Shown piece by piece: positions 33,682-43,096 of a DNA stretch of 46,523 bases. The DNA comes from a virus. Its lineage: Duplodnaviria > Caudoviricetes. Position 1 is the stretch's first letter; the number at the start of each line of letters is the position of its first letter. The DNA lies in the IMG/VR virus record IMGVR_UViG_3300037461_000766, positions 1-46,523 of that record; one strand, 5' to 3'. The translations under genes were made by a program, and so were the position numbers. The notes beneath the pieces are model-generated. The model searched no databases, was not told the DNA's origin, and saw nothing but the letters and a program-made list of their open reading frames with translations.

Positions 33682-34383
33682 CTACATTTTTGAGAACCGT
33701 AAGAGGAGCTCCCGCACGGCCCTCGTGATCACGACCTCCATCTCCTTAAGCCCCAGTCCCTGGAGCAGAGGCGGCAGACTGCGCGCATGCGCCAGGAGCC
33801 CTCGCTTCACCACATGGATGCGTGCGATGTCCCGGGCCTTCACCTCGTCCAGAGGCAGGAACTCGCCGCGCTCGACGGCCAGCCGCAGGGCCACGAGCTC
33901 CGCCTTCGCCTCCCGCTCCTTGGCCTGGGCCTTCAGCAGCCGCCTGCGGTCCTCGTTCCCAGGGAGTCGATCCCCGCCAACGTCGGCCACGGCGGAAACG
34001 GAGGCGGAGCCGGCCACGAGACCTACGTCCACCGCCGTGTTCGTGGGACGCCCCGTCGACTTGTTGATCCCGCACGCGTAGCCGCGCTCCCGCATCCACT
34101 GGAGCAGCGCCTGGAGGTCGTAGCCCTTGCCGCGCACGCGATCGAGCGGCGCGCCATGTTGGTACTTGTAGCGGCTGATGGTCCAGGTGGTCTTCCCGAC
34201 ATGCTGGACGAGCTCCTGCGTCGTCCTGACCCAGCGCGGGAGCGATCGGCCGTCGGGCGCCGTGAAGCGCTCGGCCGCGGCCACGGGATCCTGCGACCCC
34301 CAGATTGCGGGCTCCTTCCGCTCTCTCCGCCCCCTGTTCGCGCCTCTTGGCCCGCGCTTCGCGCTCGCTTCGGCCACGGTCAC
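33682..34383 (-). CDS. terS: Terminase small subunit (Nu1-like)
   Basis: N-terminal HTH (TTQELVQHVGKTTWTISRY...G.P...YDL..LLQW) and R.RL.KAQA...A.L..L..ERGE.LP.DEV coiled coil; just downstream of a cos-like site. Confidence 0.8.
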   Translation of the reverse strand: MTVAEASAKRGPRGANRGRRERKEPAIWGSQDPVAAAERFTAPDGRSLPRWVRTTQELVQHVGKTTWTISRYKYQHGAPLDRVRGKGYDLQALLQWMRERGYACGINKSTGRPTNTAVDVGLVAGSASVSAVADVGGDRLPGNEDRRRLLKAQAKEREAKAELVALRLAVERGEFLPLDEVKARDIARIHVVKRGLLAHARSLPPLLQGLGLKEMEVVITRAVRELLLRFSKM

Positions 34384-34475
34384 CAGGACCTCCTACAGGC
34401 TCCAGGAAGCCCTCCAGGGGAACCCACGAGGGGCAAGTATCCAAAAATCAAGTGGTAGCACCTCGAATTCCGGGG

Positions 34476-34515
34476 TGCGCCCTTGGCGCATACGGTGGGG
34501 GCGGGGGGAGGACCC
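34476..34515 (-). other. Lambda-like cos: cosQ GGGTCCT plus a cosN-like dyad
   Basis: Minus-strand GGGTCCT (34515-34509), identical to lambda cosQ; 18 nt downstream is the dyad TGCGCC-N3-GGCGCA (34490-34476); ~90 bp upstream of terS. Confidence 0.6.
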
Positions 34516-34519
34516 GTGA

Positions 34520-34612
34520 CCGTCAGAAAAGCTGACATGTCAGAAATCATGACATGTATCACTATACAACATTTAACTTTGGCCACAAAATAGCCAGCCA
34601 GAAAGTAGCCAG
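34520..34612 (-). promoter_or_regulatory. AT-rich putative late promoter with palindromes
   Basis: TATAGT -10 box (34566-34561); CTGACATGTCAG (34532-34543) and TGACATGTA (34550-34558); TAGCCAG direct repeats. Confidence 0.4.
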
Positions 34613-34619
34613 ACCAAAG

Positions 34620-34889
34620 TCACGACACGCCACCTGGACCACGACCAGGCGCACGCGGCACGAGCTGCGGGATCACGATCTGCGGACGAGCAGCACGCGC
34701 CGTGCCATCGGGATCGTCCTCCGTCTTCACAGTGCGCCACTGACCGTGACTGTAGGCCACTCGCATGTCGCCCTCGGGGCCAAGCAGGATCAGATCGCCC
34801 GCCGGCGTAAGCTGAATGCCGTGAATGTCTGCTACTTCGTCCACCTCAGCCTCTGCTCGCTGCACTCGCACCTTCTTGGCGTTGGCCAT
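34620..34889 (-). CDS. Hypothetical protein
   Basis: AGGAG RBS; coupled gene run. Confidence 0.6.
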   Translation of the reverse strand: MANAKKVRVQRAEAEVDEVADIHGIQLTPAGDLILLGPEGDMRVAYSHGQWRTVKTEDDPDGTARAARPQIVIPQLVPRAPGRGPGGVS

Positions 34890-34902
34890 ATCACACTCCT
34901 AC

Positions 34903-35238
34903 TTACTCAGTCCCGTGATCCAACATAATCTTCCTGAAGTACTCCCAGTGCCCAATGATCGAGTCGTGGCAGTTGGCAAGAGCCTGCTCTGCCACTCGAG
35001 TGATCGCGCCCTCACTGACCAGGGCGATCCTCTCTTCCTTGATCCCCTTGATACGCAGCCCGTAGAAGACCTCAGATGCTACTCCACCGTCTCCTGGCTG
35101 CGTGCCTGCTCCAGCCACACCCTGGAAGCGACAGTCGCAGATGGTCCCTTTCAGAGGGGCCACAAGGCCGCCGTCGAATCGAGCCAAAAAGTAGACCTCG
35201 TCACCTATGCTGTATTTCGTCTCGACGTTGATCTTCAC
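34903..35238 (-). CDS. Hypothetical protein (IETKY.IGD.VYF-type SH3-like)
   Basis: N-terminal motif common in small phage proteins; AAGGAG RBS. Confidence 0.65.
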   Translation of the reverse strand: MKINVETKYSIGDEVYFLARFDGGLVAPLKGTICDCRFQGVAGAGTQPGDGGVASEVFYGLRIKGIKEERIALVSEGAITRVAEQALANCHDSIIGHWEYFRKIMLDHGTE

Positions 35239-35443
35239 CCTGGCAACTCTCCTTCCCTTTGTGCACCACCAAGAACTCGATTACCTTTCGCCACCCCACC
35301 TTGAGGGGCTCACCGTGTTTGTGAAAGCGCCTTAACTGAATCCCATCGCTATCTACTGTGAGCGTCCATCTGGCCGGAGGCAGAGCGGGATCTACCGATG
35401 GGAGCTCGATCACGCGCCTGAGCGCTTGGGTGAACCTCCTCAC
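35201..35443 (-). CDS. Hypothetical protein
   Basis: AGGAGG RBS; GTGA overlap. Confidence 0.6.
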   Translation of the reverse strand: MRRFTQALRRVIELPSVDPALPPARWTLTVDSDGIQLRRFHKHGEPLKVGWRKVIEFLVVHKGKESCQGEDQRRDEIQHR

Positions 35444-35760
35444 GTGGCATCCTCCTTCTCTATCACCAGATCGGGGCGCACGGAGACCTTGCCGATTGTC
35501 CCCGTGAAGCGCACGGGCTCAAGAGGCGCATGCATCTCGCCCTGGAACTCAAATGCAAACCGTAGAGCAGTCGCGGCCACCTGGATTGCCTCCTTCGCGG
35601 CCATTTCCGGCACGTTCTCCTTTATGCAGTCCCACATCTCGTCCAGTTCTTCCAGTATCACGGCGTAACCCTCGTGCGCGCTGGCATAGTGGCTGAACTT
35701 CGCGCAGCCCCGCTCCAGTTCGTTGATCACCTCGACCACGATCTCTCCTTGGGTCTTCAC
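35440..35760 (-). CDS. Second MazG-like all-alpha protein
   Basis: EL.R...KF....SAHEGYAVILEELDE.W...KEAIQVAATALRF; GTG 35760. Confidence 0.7.
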   Translation of the reverse strand: MKTQGEIVVEVINELERGCAKFSHYASAHEGYAVILEELDEMWDCIKENVPEMAAKEAIQVAATALRFAFEFQGEMHAPLEPVRFTGTIGKVSVRPDLVIEKEDAT

Positions 35761-35954
35761 TCCGCCTCCTTTCTCTCCTTGATCCGCATGAGCTCGCCGC
35801 AGCACTTCGGCCAGCCGTAGCGCACGAAGCGGCGCACTTCGACGGCGTCTGGGTAGCACTCCACCCCGCAATGGACGCACTTCAGGTAGCGCTTACGTTC
35901 GAACTCTCGAGCGATATGTCCCACCGATTTCGCCGTCAGTTGAGACCCTGCCAT
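35757..35954 (-). CDS. Small zinc-binding protein
   Basis: CVHCG...GWPKCCGELM; GGAGG RBS. Confidence 0.65.
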   Translation of the reverse strand: MAGSQLTAKSVGHIAREFERKRYLKCVHCGVECYPDAVEVRRFVRYGWPKCCGELMRIKERKEAE

Positions 35955-36082
35955 TTCTCATCCCTCCTTCGCGTCTTGATCTTGGCGATCGACGTCCACG
36001 TGGTCGCCACTGTCAGCCCCAGGGCCAGGATCAGCCACGTCAGGGCCATGGTCACCATCAGCACGTCCCACAGGCTCAGCAT
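35936..36082 (-). CDS. Small single-TM protein
   Basis: GGAGG RBS, long hydrophobic helix, basic tail; overlaps the upstream ORF end. Confidence 0.5.
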   Translation of the reverse strand: MLSLWDVLMVTMALTWLILALGLTVATTWTSIAKIKTRRRDEKWQGLN

Positions 36083-36464
36083 CCGGCACCTCCTTCTCTG
36101 GCTTCGGCTCGCCCTTGTCGACACGATCATCGTGATACTGGCGCAACGGGCAGGGCCCGAGACCGTCGACCCCGCGGAGCTTGGGATTGTCCTCACTCAA
36201 AGAGTCGATCACGGCGTGCAGGACCTTCCGCAGGTCCGGAATTCGGCCACGACGATCGTGCACACGCTTCAGGATCGACCTGGCAAAGTGAATACCCCCT
36301 ACCAAGCGTCTAACGTCGTATTTGAGCCCTTCGACCTCGATCCTGGCCTCATGCCACCGACGGAAGAGCTCCTCCTGGCCCAATTGGGCTTGCCCCACCT
36401 CGCCGTTCGTCCACTTTTGGCTCCATGGGTTGTACGCCCGCGTCGGACGTGCGCGTGTCCTCAT
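35958..36464 (-). CDS. Hypothetical protein
   Basis: GAGGAG RBS; ATGA overlap with the upstream gene. Confidence 0.55.
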   Translation of the reverse strand: MRTRARPTRAYNPWSQKWTNGEVGQAQLGQEELFRRWHEARIEVEGLKYDVRRLVGGIHFARSILKRVHDRRGRIPDLRKVLHAVIDSLSEDNPKLRGVDGLGPCPLRQYHDDRVDKGEPKPEKEVPDAEPVGRADGDHGPDVADPGPGADSGDHVDVDRQDQDAKEG

Positions 36465-36952
36465 CTCCTCACCTCCTCCTCCTGGAAGACCCCCTCCCAC
36501 GTCTTGCGCCACTGGTCGGCCACCTGCCGCACCACTTCAGGGTGGGACGACCTGATCCCTTGGTCGACCAGGTCGAAGATCCGCGCGTCCTCGGTCACGG
36601 GCGGCGCCCCCTGGGGCACGCCCCCGGCGGCGTCGCAGAGGGCGGCCAGGTAGTCGCAGGTCGCCGCCCAGTAGGACTGACACCAGACCCGCCGCTCCTT
36701 GAGCCCCTCGAGGCCGGCCACCGTCCCCTTGAGCGGTGCTGGCGGTCGCCACACGGGGCGGCCACGGCGTGCCTTTGGTTCGTCCCATGGGACGTCATGA
36801 GACGAGGTCGGACTTGAGACCTTGGTGGTCTCAAGGGCCCGTTGCTGCTCCAGGAGGTCGCGCGCATGTTGCAGTCGACCACGTGGGGGCTGGAGTCCGA
36901 ATCCGGGCAGGTAGCCGGTCTGGGTGGTCTGGTGTTTCATTGGGTGTTCCAA
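36461..36952 (-). CDS. Hypothetical protein
   Basis: First ORF after the origin region; start uncertain (36952 or 36940). Confidence 0.5.
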   Translation of the reverse strand: MEHPMKHQTTQTGYLPGFGLQPPRGRLQHARDLLEQQRALETTKVSSPTSSHDVPWDEPKARRGRPVWRPPAPLKGTVAGLEGLKERRVWCQSYWAATCDYLAALCDAAGGVPQGAPPVTEDARIFDLVDQGIRSSHPEVVRQVADQWRKTWEGVFQEEEVRR

Positions 36953-37210
36953 TGAAAAAACGCTCGAAACACCCGTAAGCCGTTTTTTGACATCGGTTTA
37001 GGACGGTGTTTCATGAGTTCCATAAAATCGTCTCTATTCCCCCCTCTAGGGCCTAGTGCACATCTACCCTTTTACCCCCTTTTAACACTCCCCCTCTAGA
37101 GCCTAGATAAAGAGTACATAGAACACATAGAACACTAGAGGGTAAAAGGAGGTGTAATAATAAGTTACATGGTGTTCCATGTAAAATTTTTGATAGAACA
37201 CACATGGAAC
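36930..37210. other. Putative replication origin (AT-rich, iterons)
   Basis: Largely non-coding, directly downstream of the primase gene; CAT(A/G)GAACAC-like iterons in both orientations; CCCCCTCTAG(G/A)GCCTAG twice; inverted repeat TTACATGG-TGTT-CCATGTAA (37165-37184). Confidence 0.7.
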
Positions 37211-39724
37211 TCATAGATCACCTGCCACTTCACCGAGACCGACCCGCTGGATCCCCTGGTAGTACCAAAAGCGGGACGCTTTGGGCCCACCGTACATCCG
37301 CTGGACCGTCGGGAAGGCTCGCCGGATCTCCTTGCCGAAGAGCTTCGACCCGAGTGGTCGATAGCCGTTGGCCTGGCACCAGTCCGAGTAGTCCTTGTAG
37401 ACGTCCTTGGAGGGCACCCATCCATCTGGGTTGGGCTCGTAGGTGTCGATCAGGAACTCCTTGGCCGGGTTCGTCTCGATCTGATAGTCATCGAGCGCAT
37501 CTTGCGACTCACGGCACGTCGGGAAGGTGCCGCGGATCGATAGGTTGACGAGTCCGTGGATTGCCCAGTTGAAGATCGCTGGCATCTCGCCGGAGGCGAT
37601 CCACCACTCTGGTCGATCCATGCCGTGGACGCGCTCGCCCTCTGGGATCGATACGCGCAGCGGCAGGAGCAGCATGCGGCGCCAGATCCCCTGGGAGCGA
37701 TCGCTGAACCGTGGCCGGTTGTTGGTGGCGATCAAGAGCTTCGCCGTGGGCGCAGCCTCCACCGCTGATAGGTTCTTACGGTCAAACGACATGCGGTCGC
37801 CCGCCGTGAAGGCCTTGAGGTGCCCCTCGGCCACGCGGTCGAGGTCGCCCACCTCGGCGGTGATGTTCAAGAGGCGGCCGAGTGTCGACGAGAGCTGGAA
37901 GCGTTCGCCGAAGAGCTCCAGGGGCACGTGGGAGACGTTCTCGGGGCCGACCAGGGCCTCCAGCACGGCGCAGATCACGCTCTTGCCGTTGGCCCCTTCG
38001 CCCTCCAGGATCATGAAGCGCTGGTAGGAGGTCATGGGCACGAGGCAGTAGCCCATCCACTCCTGCAGGAGGGCTATGCGCTCAGGGTCGTTCTCGAGGT
38101 TGCGAGTGAGGAAGGCGTCCCACCGTGGCCGGTCTGCGGGCCCAGCCGTGGGCTCCCACGCGTACGGCAGGCAGTGGGGGGACCACCAGTCCGGTGTGTG
38201 CTCCCGCAGGATCTCGCCGGTGCCTGTGAACAGCGGCTCGAGCTGGACGATCCCATTGGCGACGGCGATCCAGCTTTCGATGCGTGAGGACTGGACGCGC
38301 TCGTAGTCCTCGCCGTGCTCCAAGACGCAGCCCCACTGAACGTCGCTGGAGACGCATGCGAAGCTCGCGACGTTCGCCATCACGCTGGCCACGAGGTGGT
38401 TCGTGATCGGGTGGCACTTCGGGGGCGGGCCCTCTTTGTGTTCCGCTACTACGAGGGCCTCCAAATTCAGCCGTACGAACTCTTTTCGTAGCCAATAAGT
38501 GACATCCGAGCGGAAATCGTCCGTCTTGATCCGTCGCCAGTGCTTATCCTGCCAGTAGTAGACCTCGCCGCGGTAGCTCGCTACGTGGCCGCAACGGGCC
38601 TGCAAGAACCCACGGGCGAGCCGCGAGGGATCCGTGTCGGACTCCTCCACGTCGCCGTCTGGTGAGGCAGCCGCGGCCGTTCCCGGGGCTGTGACGGGCA
38701 CAGCCTCAGAGCGGCTGGCGAGATCGACGAGCTCGGCATAGGTGTGGCCGGCCACGAGCCAGTCGCGCACGTCCTTGGGTCCGTCGGCCGGCAGGTGGAC
38801 GAGTCGGGCAGAGCGCGCCGCGGTGGCGATTGCCTTGACCCAGCGCTCCCCTCCTCTCTGCCCGGGCTCGTCCGTGTCGTGGCACACGCAGACGGTACGA
38901 TTGCGGAAGACCTCCAGGAGGGCCTGTTGTGGTCGCTCCATGGAGCCGAAGGGGTTGGTCAAGACAAGGTGCCACTCACGATCGGCCGGCGGGATCGCCG
39001 CCCACAAGGCCAGAAGGTCAGTGGGGCCCTCCACCTTCCAGACACACGTCGGCGTCGCTTGCGAGTCGGATAAACGCCGTATGGCATGCAATCCAACCCA
39101 TCCGGGCTTAGAGCCGCGGGTCACCAGCATCTTGGCTTCGCTGCGCTTTTCCCCTGGCCGATCTCCGCCGCGGGGCAGGGGCTGACCGGTCGAGTTCCAG
39201 ATGATCCAGCCCACTGGCTTCTGGGTGAGCGACAGGATCGGCAGGGCGATGACCGTGTGGGCGTCGCGCCAGCGTGCTACCTGGCCACCGTTGGCCTCCA
39301 GGGCCTCGAGCGTCACGCCGGGCTTGTGGGTGCACCAGAGCTGGGCGATCGCCCGCGTGCCGTCGGTCCAGTCCTTGAGCTCCAGGTCGTCCTCGCCCTT
39401 GGAGCGTCGCCGGCGGCGTACGTCCAGGTGCAGGTGGTCGGCGACCTGCTCGACGGTGGCCGGGAAGGTCCAGCCGCGGAGCCACTGGAGGGCTGACAGC
39501 CCGTCTCCGTTTGCCTCACGGAAGCATTGGTTACAGAGCACCGCTCCTTGGTCAGGGTCGATCAACCGGAACCTGTCGGTGCCGCCGCACCTGGGGCAGG
39601 GGTGATGTTGACCGTCAAGCAGATCAGAGGAGAGCCCCCCGAGTTCGGCCAGGATCGACGGCCAGCGGCCCCTGGCGGCCCCTTTTACGGCCTCCAAGAG
39701 GTCGCTATGGCTCCTGGTACCCAT
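37211..39724 (-). CDS. P4 alpha-type primase-helicase (Zn ribbon, TOPRIM, D5/SF3 helicase)
   Basis: HHPCPRCGGTDRFR..CNQC; VEGPTD and HDTDEPG; GEGANGKS Walker A; ATNNRP..DRS.GIWRR. Confidence 0.92.
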   Translation of the reverse strand: MGTRSHSDLLEAVKGAARGRWPSILAELGGLSSDLLDGQHHPCPRCGGTDRFRLIDPDQGAVLCNQCFREANGDGLSALQWLRGWTFPATVEQVADHLHLDVRRRRRSKGEDDLELKDWTDGTRAIAQLWCTHKPGVTLEALEANGGQVARWRDAHTVIALPILSLTQKPVGWIIWNSTGQPLPRGGDRPGEKRSEAKMLVTRGSKPGWVGLHAIRRLSDSQATPTCVWKVEGPTDLLALWAAIPPADREWHLVLTNPFGSMERPQQALLEVFRNRTVCVCHDTDEPGQRGGERWVKAIATAARSARLVHLPADGPKDVRDWLVAGHTYAELVDLASRSEAVPVTAPGTAAAASPDGDVEESDTDPSRLARGFLQARCGHVASYRGEVYYWQDKHWRRIKTDDFRSDVTYWLRKEFVRLNLEALVVAEHKEGPPPKCHPITNHLVASVMANVASFACVSSDVQWGCVLEHGEDYERVQSSRIESWIAVANGIVQLEPLFTGTGEILREHTPDWWSPHCLPYAWEPTAGPADRPRWDAFLTRNLENDPERIALLQEWMGYCLVPMTSYQRFMILEGEGANGKSVICAVLEALVGPENVSHVPLELFGERFQLSSTLGRLLNITAEVGDLDRVAEGHLKAFTAGDRMSFDRKNLSAVEAAPTAKLLIATNNRPRFSDRSQGIWRRMLLLPLRVSIPEGERVHGMDRPEWWIASGEMPAIFNWAIHGLVNLSIRGTFPTCRESQDALDDYQIETNPAKEFLIDTYEPNPDGWVPSKDVYKDYSDWCQANGYRPLGSKLFGKEIRRAFPTVQRMYGGPKASRFWYYQGIQRVGLGEVAGDL

Positions 39725-40139
39725 CAGGCCCTCCGGACGCAGCCTTGGTCGAAAAAATTGCGTTTAGCGGGACCGTGGCAGCCTTCAGGTTCGCCTCGAG
39801 GCCTGGCTTGACGGTCATTCGGTTGAACCACGGGAACCGATCCGCCAGGGAGGCGTCCCAGCGGAAGTGCAAGATCCCATCCATGTCGCCCCTCAGGTCG
39901 CGAACCAATAGATCTTGGGCGGCGTTTAGATAAACGCTCCCTCGACCGAGGAAGTAGACGCCGAAGGTCTTACCCTTGGCGACGAGGAAGCCCTTGTCAT
40001 GGCGACGGGCCTTCCGCCGCGCCACCAGGATGCAGCTCCCGTCTTCGTCAGAACGGAAGCGGCCACGAGGAAAAAGCTCCTGCAGGGCGTCGCGATCCTC
40101 GTAGTACTCCGCCGACCGACCGGCAACGTCTGAAGTCAT
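39705..40139 (-). CDS. Hypothetical protein
   Basis: GGAGGAG RBS before ATG 40139. Confidence 0.65.
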   Translation of the reverse strand: MTSDVAGRSAEYYEDRDALQELFPRGRFRSDEDGSCILVARRKARRHDKGFLVAKGKTFGVYFLGRGSVYLNAAQDLLVRDLRGDMDGILHFRWDASLADRFPWFNRMTVKPGLEANLKAATVPLNAIFSTKAASGGPDGYQEP

Positions 40140-40150
40140 CCTCTCCTCCT

Positions 40151-40669
40151 TCACGGTCCAAGTTCTCGAGTTGCGTCTTCCCACCAGCCCCGCAGGATGT
40201 CGAACGTCGTGCGCTCGGCCAGTCGCCGGTCCTCGACCAGGTGCCAGTGGACGCCATAGCGCCGACTCCAGGCGAGGATCGTCCCGCGCACGCTCTTCGG
40301 CAGTAGCCGCGATCGTTCCGGTGGGTAGAGCAGGACGTCTCGCCACGTGGCCTCGACGACGACGGCCGCGTAGTCGTAGTCGGACAAGCGCTCGTGCTCC
40401 GCCTCGAAGCGCTCGCGGTGCTGGCTGAGCGAAGCGTAGAGGTCCTCGAGCGACTTGCGCTCGACGGCCACCAGACGCTCGCAGCCCTCGATCGAGTAGT
40501 CGCCGGCCGGCAATAGCGCCGAGACCGTGTCGACCTCGATCAGTCGGCAGCGCTCACGTGCCCGCGCATGCAAGCCCGTGAACCGGTACGGCGCTTTCTC
40601 CCGCGAGTCCACTATGATCCTGAACGGATACCGTAGTGGCTCCAGGGTCCGTGTTGGTTGTTTCACCAC
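40151..40669 (-). CDS. ERCC4 (XPF/Mus81-like) nuclease
   Basis: IIVDSREK, L.AGDYS, VAVERKSLEDL, VVVE. Confidence 0.88.
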   Translation of the reverse strand: MVKQPTRTLEPLRYPFRIIVDSREKAPYRFTGLHARARERCRLIEVDTVSALLPAGDYSIEGCERLVAVERKSLEDLYASLSQHRERFEAEHERLSDYDYAAVVVEATWRDVLLYPPERSRLLPKSVRGTILAWSRRYGVHWHLVEDRRLAERTTFDILRGWWEDATRELGP

Positions 40670-43019
40670 CTACTCCACCTACTCCACCAGAAACAGGCCG
40701 AAGGGCCTCTTGAAGCCGTTCCACCAGGAACGTCTTTCGACTGTGTATTTTTTGCTGCCGCACCATGGCGCGCATGGTCGACTCGCTGCCGACAAGGTAG
40801 CAGGCGCGCTTGGCGCGGGAGATCGCCGTGTAGACCCACGAGCGATCGCAGATCAAGCGCGCTCCCGGGTAGTCGTCGATCACGACGATCACCACGGGCC
40901 ACTCACTGCCTTGACTTTTGTGACAACTTACGGCGTAGCCGAGGTCGAAATTGTCCGCCGGCGAGCCACCCTCGCCGCCCTTCGGGGCGAGCACTGTCCT
41001 GCGGGGAGTCTCGAAGCGCATGATCAGCTTCGCCGGGTGATCCTCCAGGACTCGGCCGAGCTCGCCGTTCGCCACGTAGAGTTGCGGCCCCGTGCCGTCG
41101 GGAGACTGGCGCACATAACCTTCCTCACCCACACTGGCGAGATCCTCGACGCCCTCTTGGACGGCCGGCAGGAACTGGTTCTTGAGGCAAACGATCTTGT
41201 CCTGCGGCCAGAACTCCCCGTCGGCATAGTTCGCTCGATTCAGTTCCACCTGAAGGATCTTGTTGAGTCGCCCACGACAGAGCTGGGATTTCTCGTTGAC
41301 CGGGACCACGACCTGGACGTCCCAGACGGGGTTCAGCTCGCCGAGCAAAGGAACGCTCTGGACGAGTCGCACGATCTCATCGCACGCCTTTTGGGAATCC
41401 GCAAAAGGTCGGAGGCAGAGGTTCCTCCCGACGCCAACATCCACCGCGTACATGTTCTCGGGCAGCTTGAAGTCCTGACCCGTGCGGATCCGGTGACACG
41501 TCTCGACGATCAGCCCACTGTTGCGCCTGATCTCGGTGAGCTCGCCACGCGGGACGCCGGCGGCCAGCAGGTCGCGCAGCGGCGCCCCGTGGCCGACTGG
41601 CGGGAGCTGCTGGACGTCGCCCACCAGAAGCAGGTGGCCGCCCCCCGGGAGCGCCATGAGAAGAGAGGCGAGGATCTCCGTATCGCACATGCTCGACTCG
41701 TCGACGATCACGTACTCTTCCTCGACTGGGTTCGACGGGTTGTGGGCGAACGACCAGCCGTCGCTGCCGACTACGTACCCGCGAAAGCCCTCGTCGACCT
41801 CCTGCACGCCCAAGTAACTGTGGATCGTGCGAGCGCGGATCGTCAGCCCGTGGCAGGCGAGCGCCTCAGTGATCCGCACGGCGGCCTTCCCCGTCGGGGC
41901 GACCACGGCCACGTGGCCGGCGCCGCGTGTGCGCTCGATCTCCGCCACGAGCTTCGCCGCGCTGTGCGTTTTGCCGGTCCCGGGGCCCCCGCCGAAGAGC
42001 CCGATGCGCCGACTCAGCGCTTTGGCGAGCTCGTCACGCTGGTGGTCGGAGATCTCGAGCACTGAGATGTTCGGCCAAGATGGAGTCCCGGCCAGGAGCG
42101 ACGCGACACGTGAGGCGATCTCGCCCTCGGCGATATCTCGGCCACGCTCTGTGACCCATGGGCGGCCATCGGTCCCGCGCCGTACCGACAGCATGCCGGC
42201 ACGCTTGCCGAGCTTGACCGCCGGCACTGGCCGAGCTCGCGCCCCGCCGATCTTCTCCCGCAGAGTCGACTCCGCCCACTCCCGCTGGAACCAGGACGCG
42301 CCGGACATGTCGCGCGACATGGAGTACCACAGGCACAGAGTCTGCCGCTTGATGCGCTCCTCCTTGTGGCCGAATCCCAGGTAGAGTTCGTCGCACCGCG
42401 CGAAGCCGCAGCCCTTGAATCGCATCAGCAGGTAGGGATTCTGCCTGACGAGCTCGGCGGCACGATTGCCCCACACGCGCAGCGCATTCTTGCACGTTCG
42501 ACGTGGCAGCCCGCGGCCGGCCAAGAGCTCCATCAGCTTAATGGTCGCCTCTTCGACATCCTTCTCCTCGGCCAGTGACTTGGCGGCTTCAAGCGCTTGC
42601 TCCAGGGTCGGCCCGCGCTTGCCGCCGAACTCTCGCACGACGCGCTCTGGGTCTTCCCGCAAGATCTTGACGGCGTCGCCCTGGTAAAGGTCCCAAAGTC
42701 GACGGGCACGTGCGGGCCCGATGTTGGGAGCGCGCATGATGTAGGCCATGATCCCGGCCTTCCCGAGTGGCTGGACGCGCACGAAGCTCGACGCGATGAA
42801 CTGCCGGCCGTATCGCCAGTGCGTTGTCCAGCGGCCCCAGAACCAGTACTGAAGACCCTCCTCGAGCTCGCCCTCTTCGCACTCCGTCTTGACCGTGATC
42901 TCATCGTTCGTGGGCGGAATCGTCCGCGCCTCGTCCGAAGCAACCTGGGCCACAACGACCTGGCCGAAGCGCGCTTTCTCGCGCAAGAACGTGCCCCTGA
43001 TCTCGGTGGACGACGGCAT
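40554..43019 (-). CDS. recD2: RecD2-family SF1B helicase
   Basis: N-terminal G.W..H.RYGRQF, HhH (PNIGPARA; NPY.L...G.GF...D); GGPGTGKT, DESSM, GD.QQLPPVG.G, YA.S.HKSQGSEW, YTAISRAK. Confidence 0.9.
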   Translation of the reverse strand: MPSSTEIRGTFLREKARFGQVVVAQVASDEARTIPPTNDEITVKTECEEGELEEGLQYWFWGRWTTHWRYGRQFIASSFVRVQPLGKAGIMAYIMRAPNIGPARARRLWDLYQGDAVKILREDPERVVREFGGKRGPTLEQALEAAKSLAEEKDVEEATIKLMELLAGRGLPRRTCKNALRVWGNRAAELVRQNPYLLMRFKGCGFARCDELYLGFGHKEERIKRQTLCLWYSMSRDMSGASWFQREWAESTLREKIGGARARPVPAVKLGKRAGMLSVRRGTDGRPWVTERGRDIAEGEIASRVASLLAGTPSWPNISVLEISDHQRDELAKALSRRIGLFGGGPGTGKTHSAAKLVAEIERTRGAGHVAVVAPTGKAAVRITEALACHGLTIRARTIHSYLGVQEVDEGFRGYVVGSDGWSFAHNPSNPVEEEYVIVDESSMCDTEILASLLMALPGGGHLLLVGDVQQLPPVGHGAPLRDLLAAGVPRGELTEIRRNSGLIVETCHRIRTGQDFKLPENMYAVDVGVGRNLCLRPFADSQKACDEIVRLVQSVPLLGELNPVWDVQVVVPVNEKSQLCRGRLNKILQVELNRANYADGEFWPQDKIVCLKNQFLPAVQEGVEDLASVGEEGYVRQSPDGTGPQLYVANGELGRVLEDHPAKLIMRFETPRRTVLAPKGGEGGSPADNFDLGYAVSCHKSQGSEWPVVIVVIDDYPGARLICDRSWVYTAISRAKRACYLVGSESTMRAMVRQQKIHSRKTFLVERLQEALRPVSGGVGGVGGETTNTDPGATTVSVQDHSGLAGESAVPVHGLACAGT

Positions 43020-43041
43020 TCTGACCTCTTCTTCACAGGAG

Positions 43042-43077
43042 AAAAAAGGGAGCCCGCTTGAGGAGGAGCGGGCCCCC
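43042..43077 (-). terminator. Intrinsic terminator between the SSB and recD2 genes
   Basis: GGGGGCCCGCT-loop-AGCGGGCTCCC followed by TTTTTT on the minus strand. Confidence 0.75.
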
Positions 43078-43096
43078 TGAAAGGAAGTGAAAAGAC

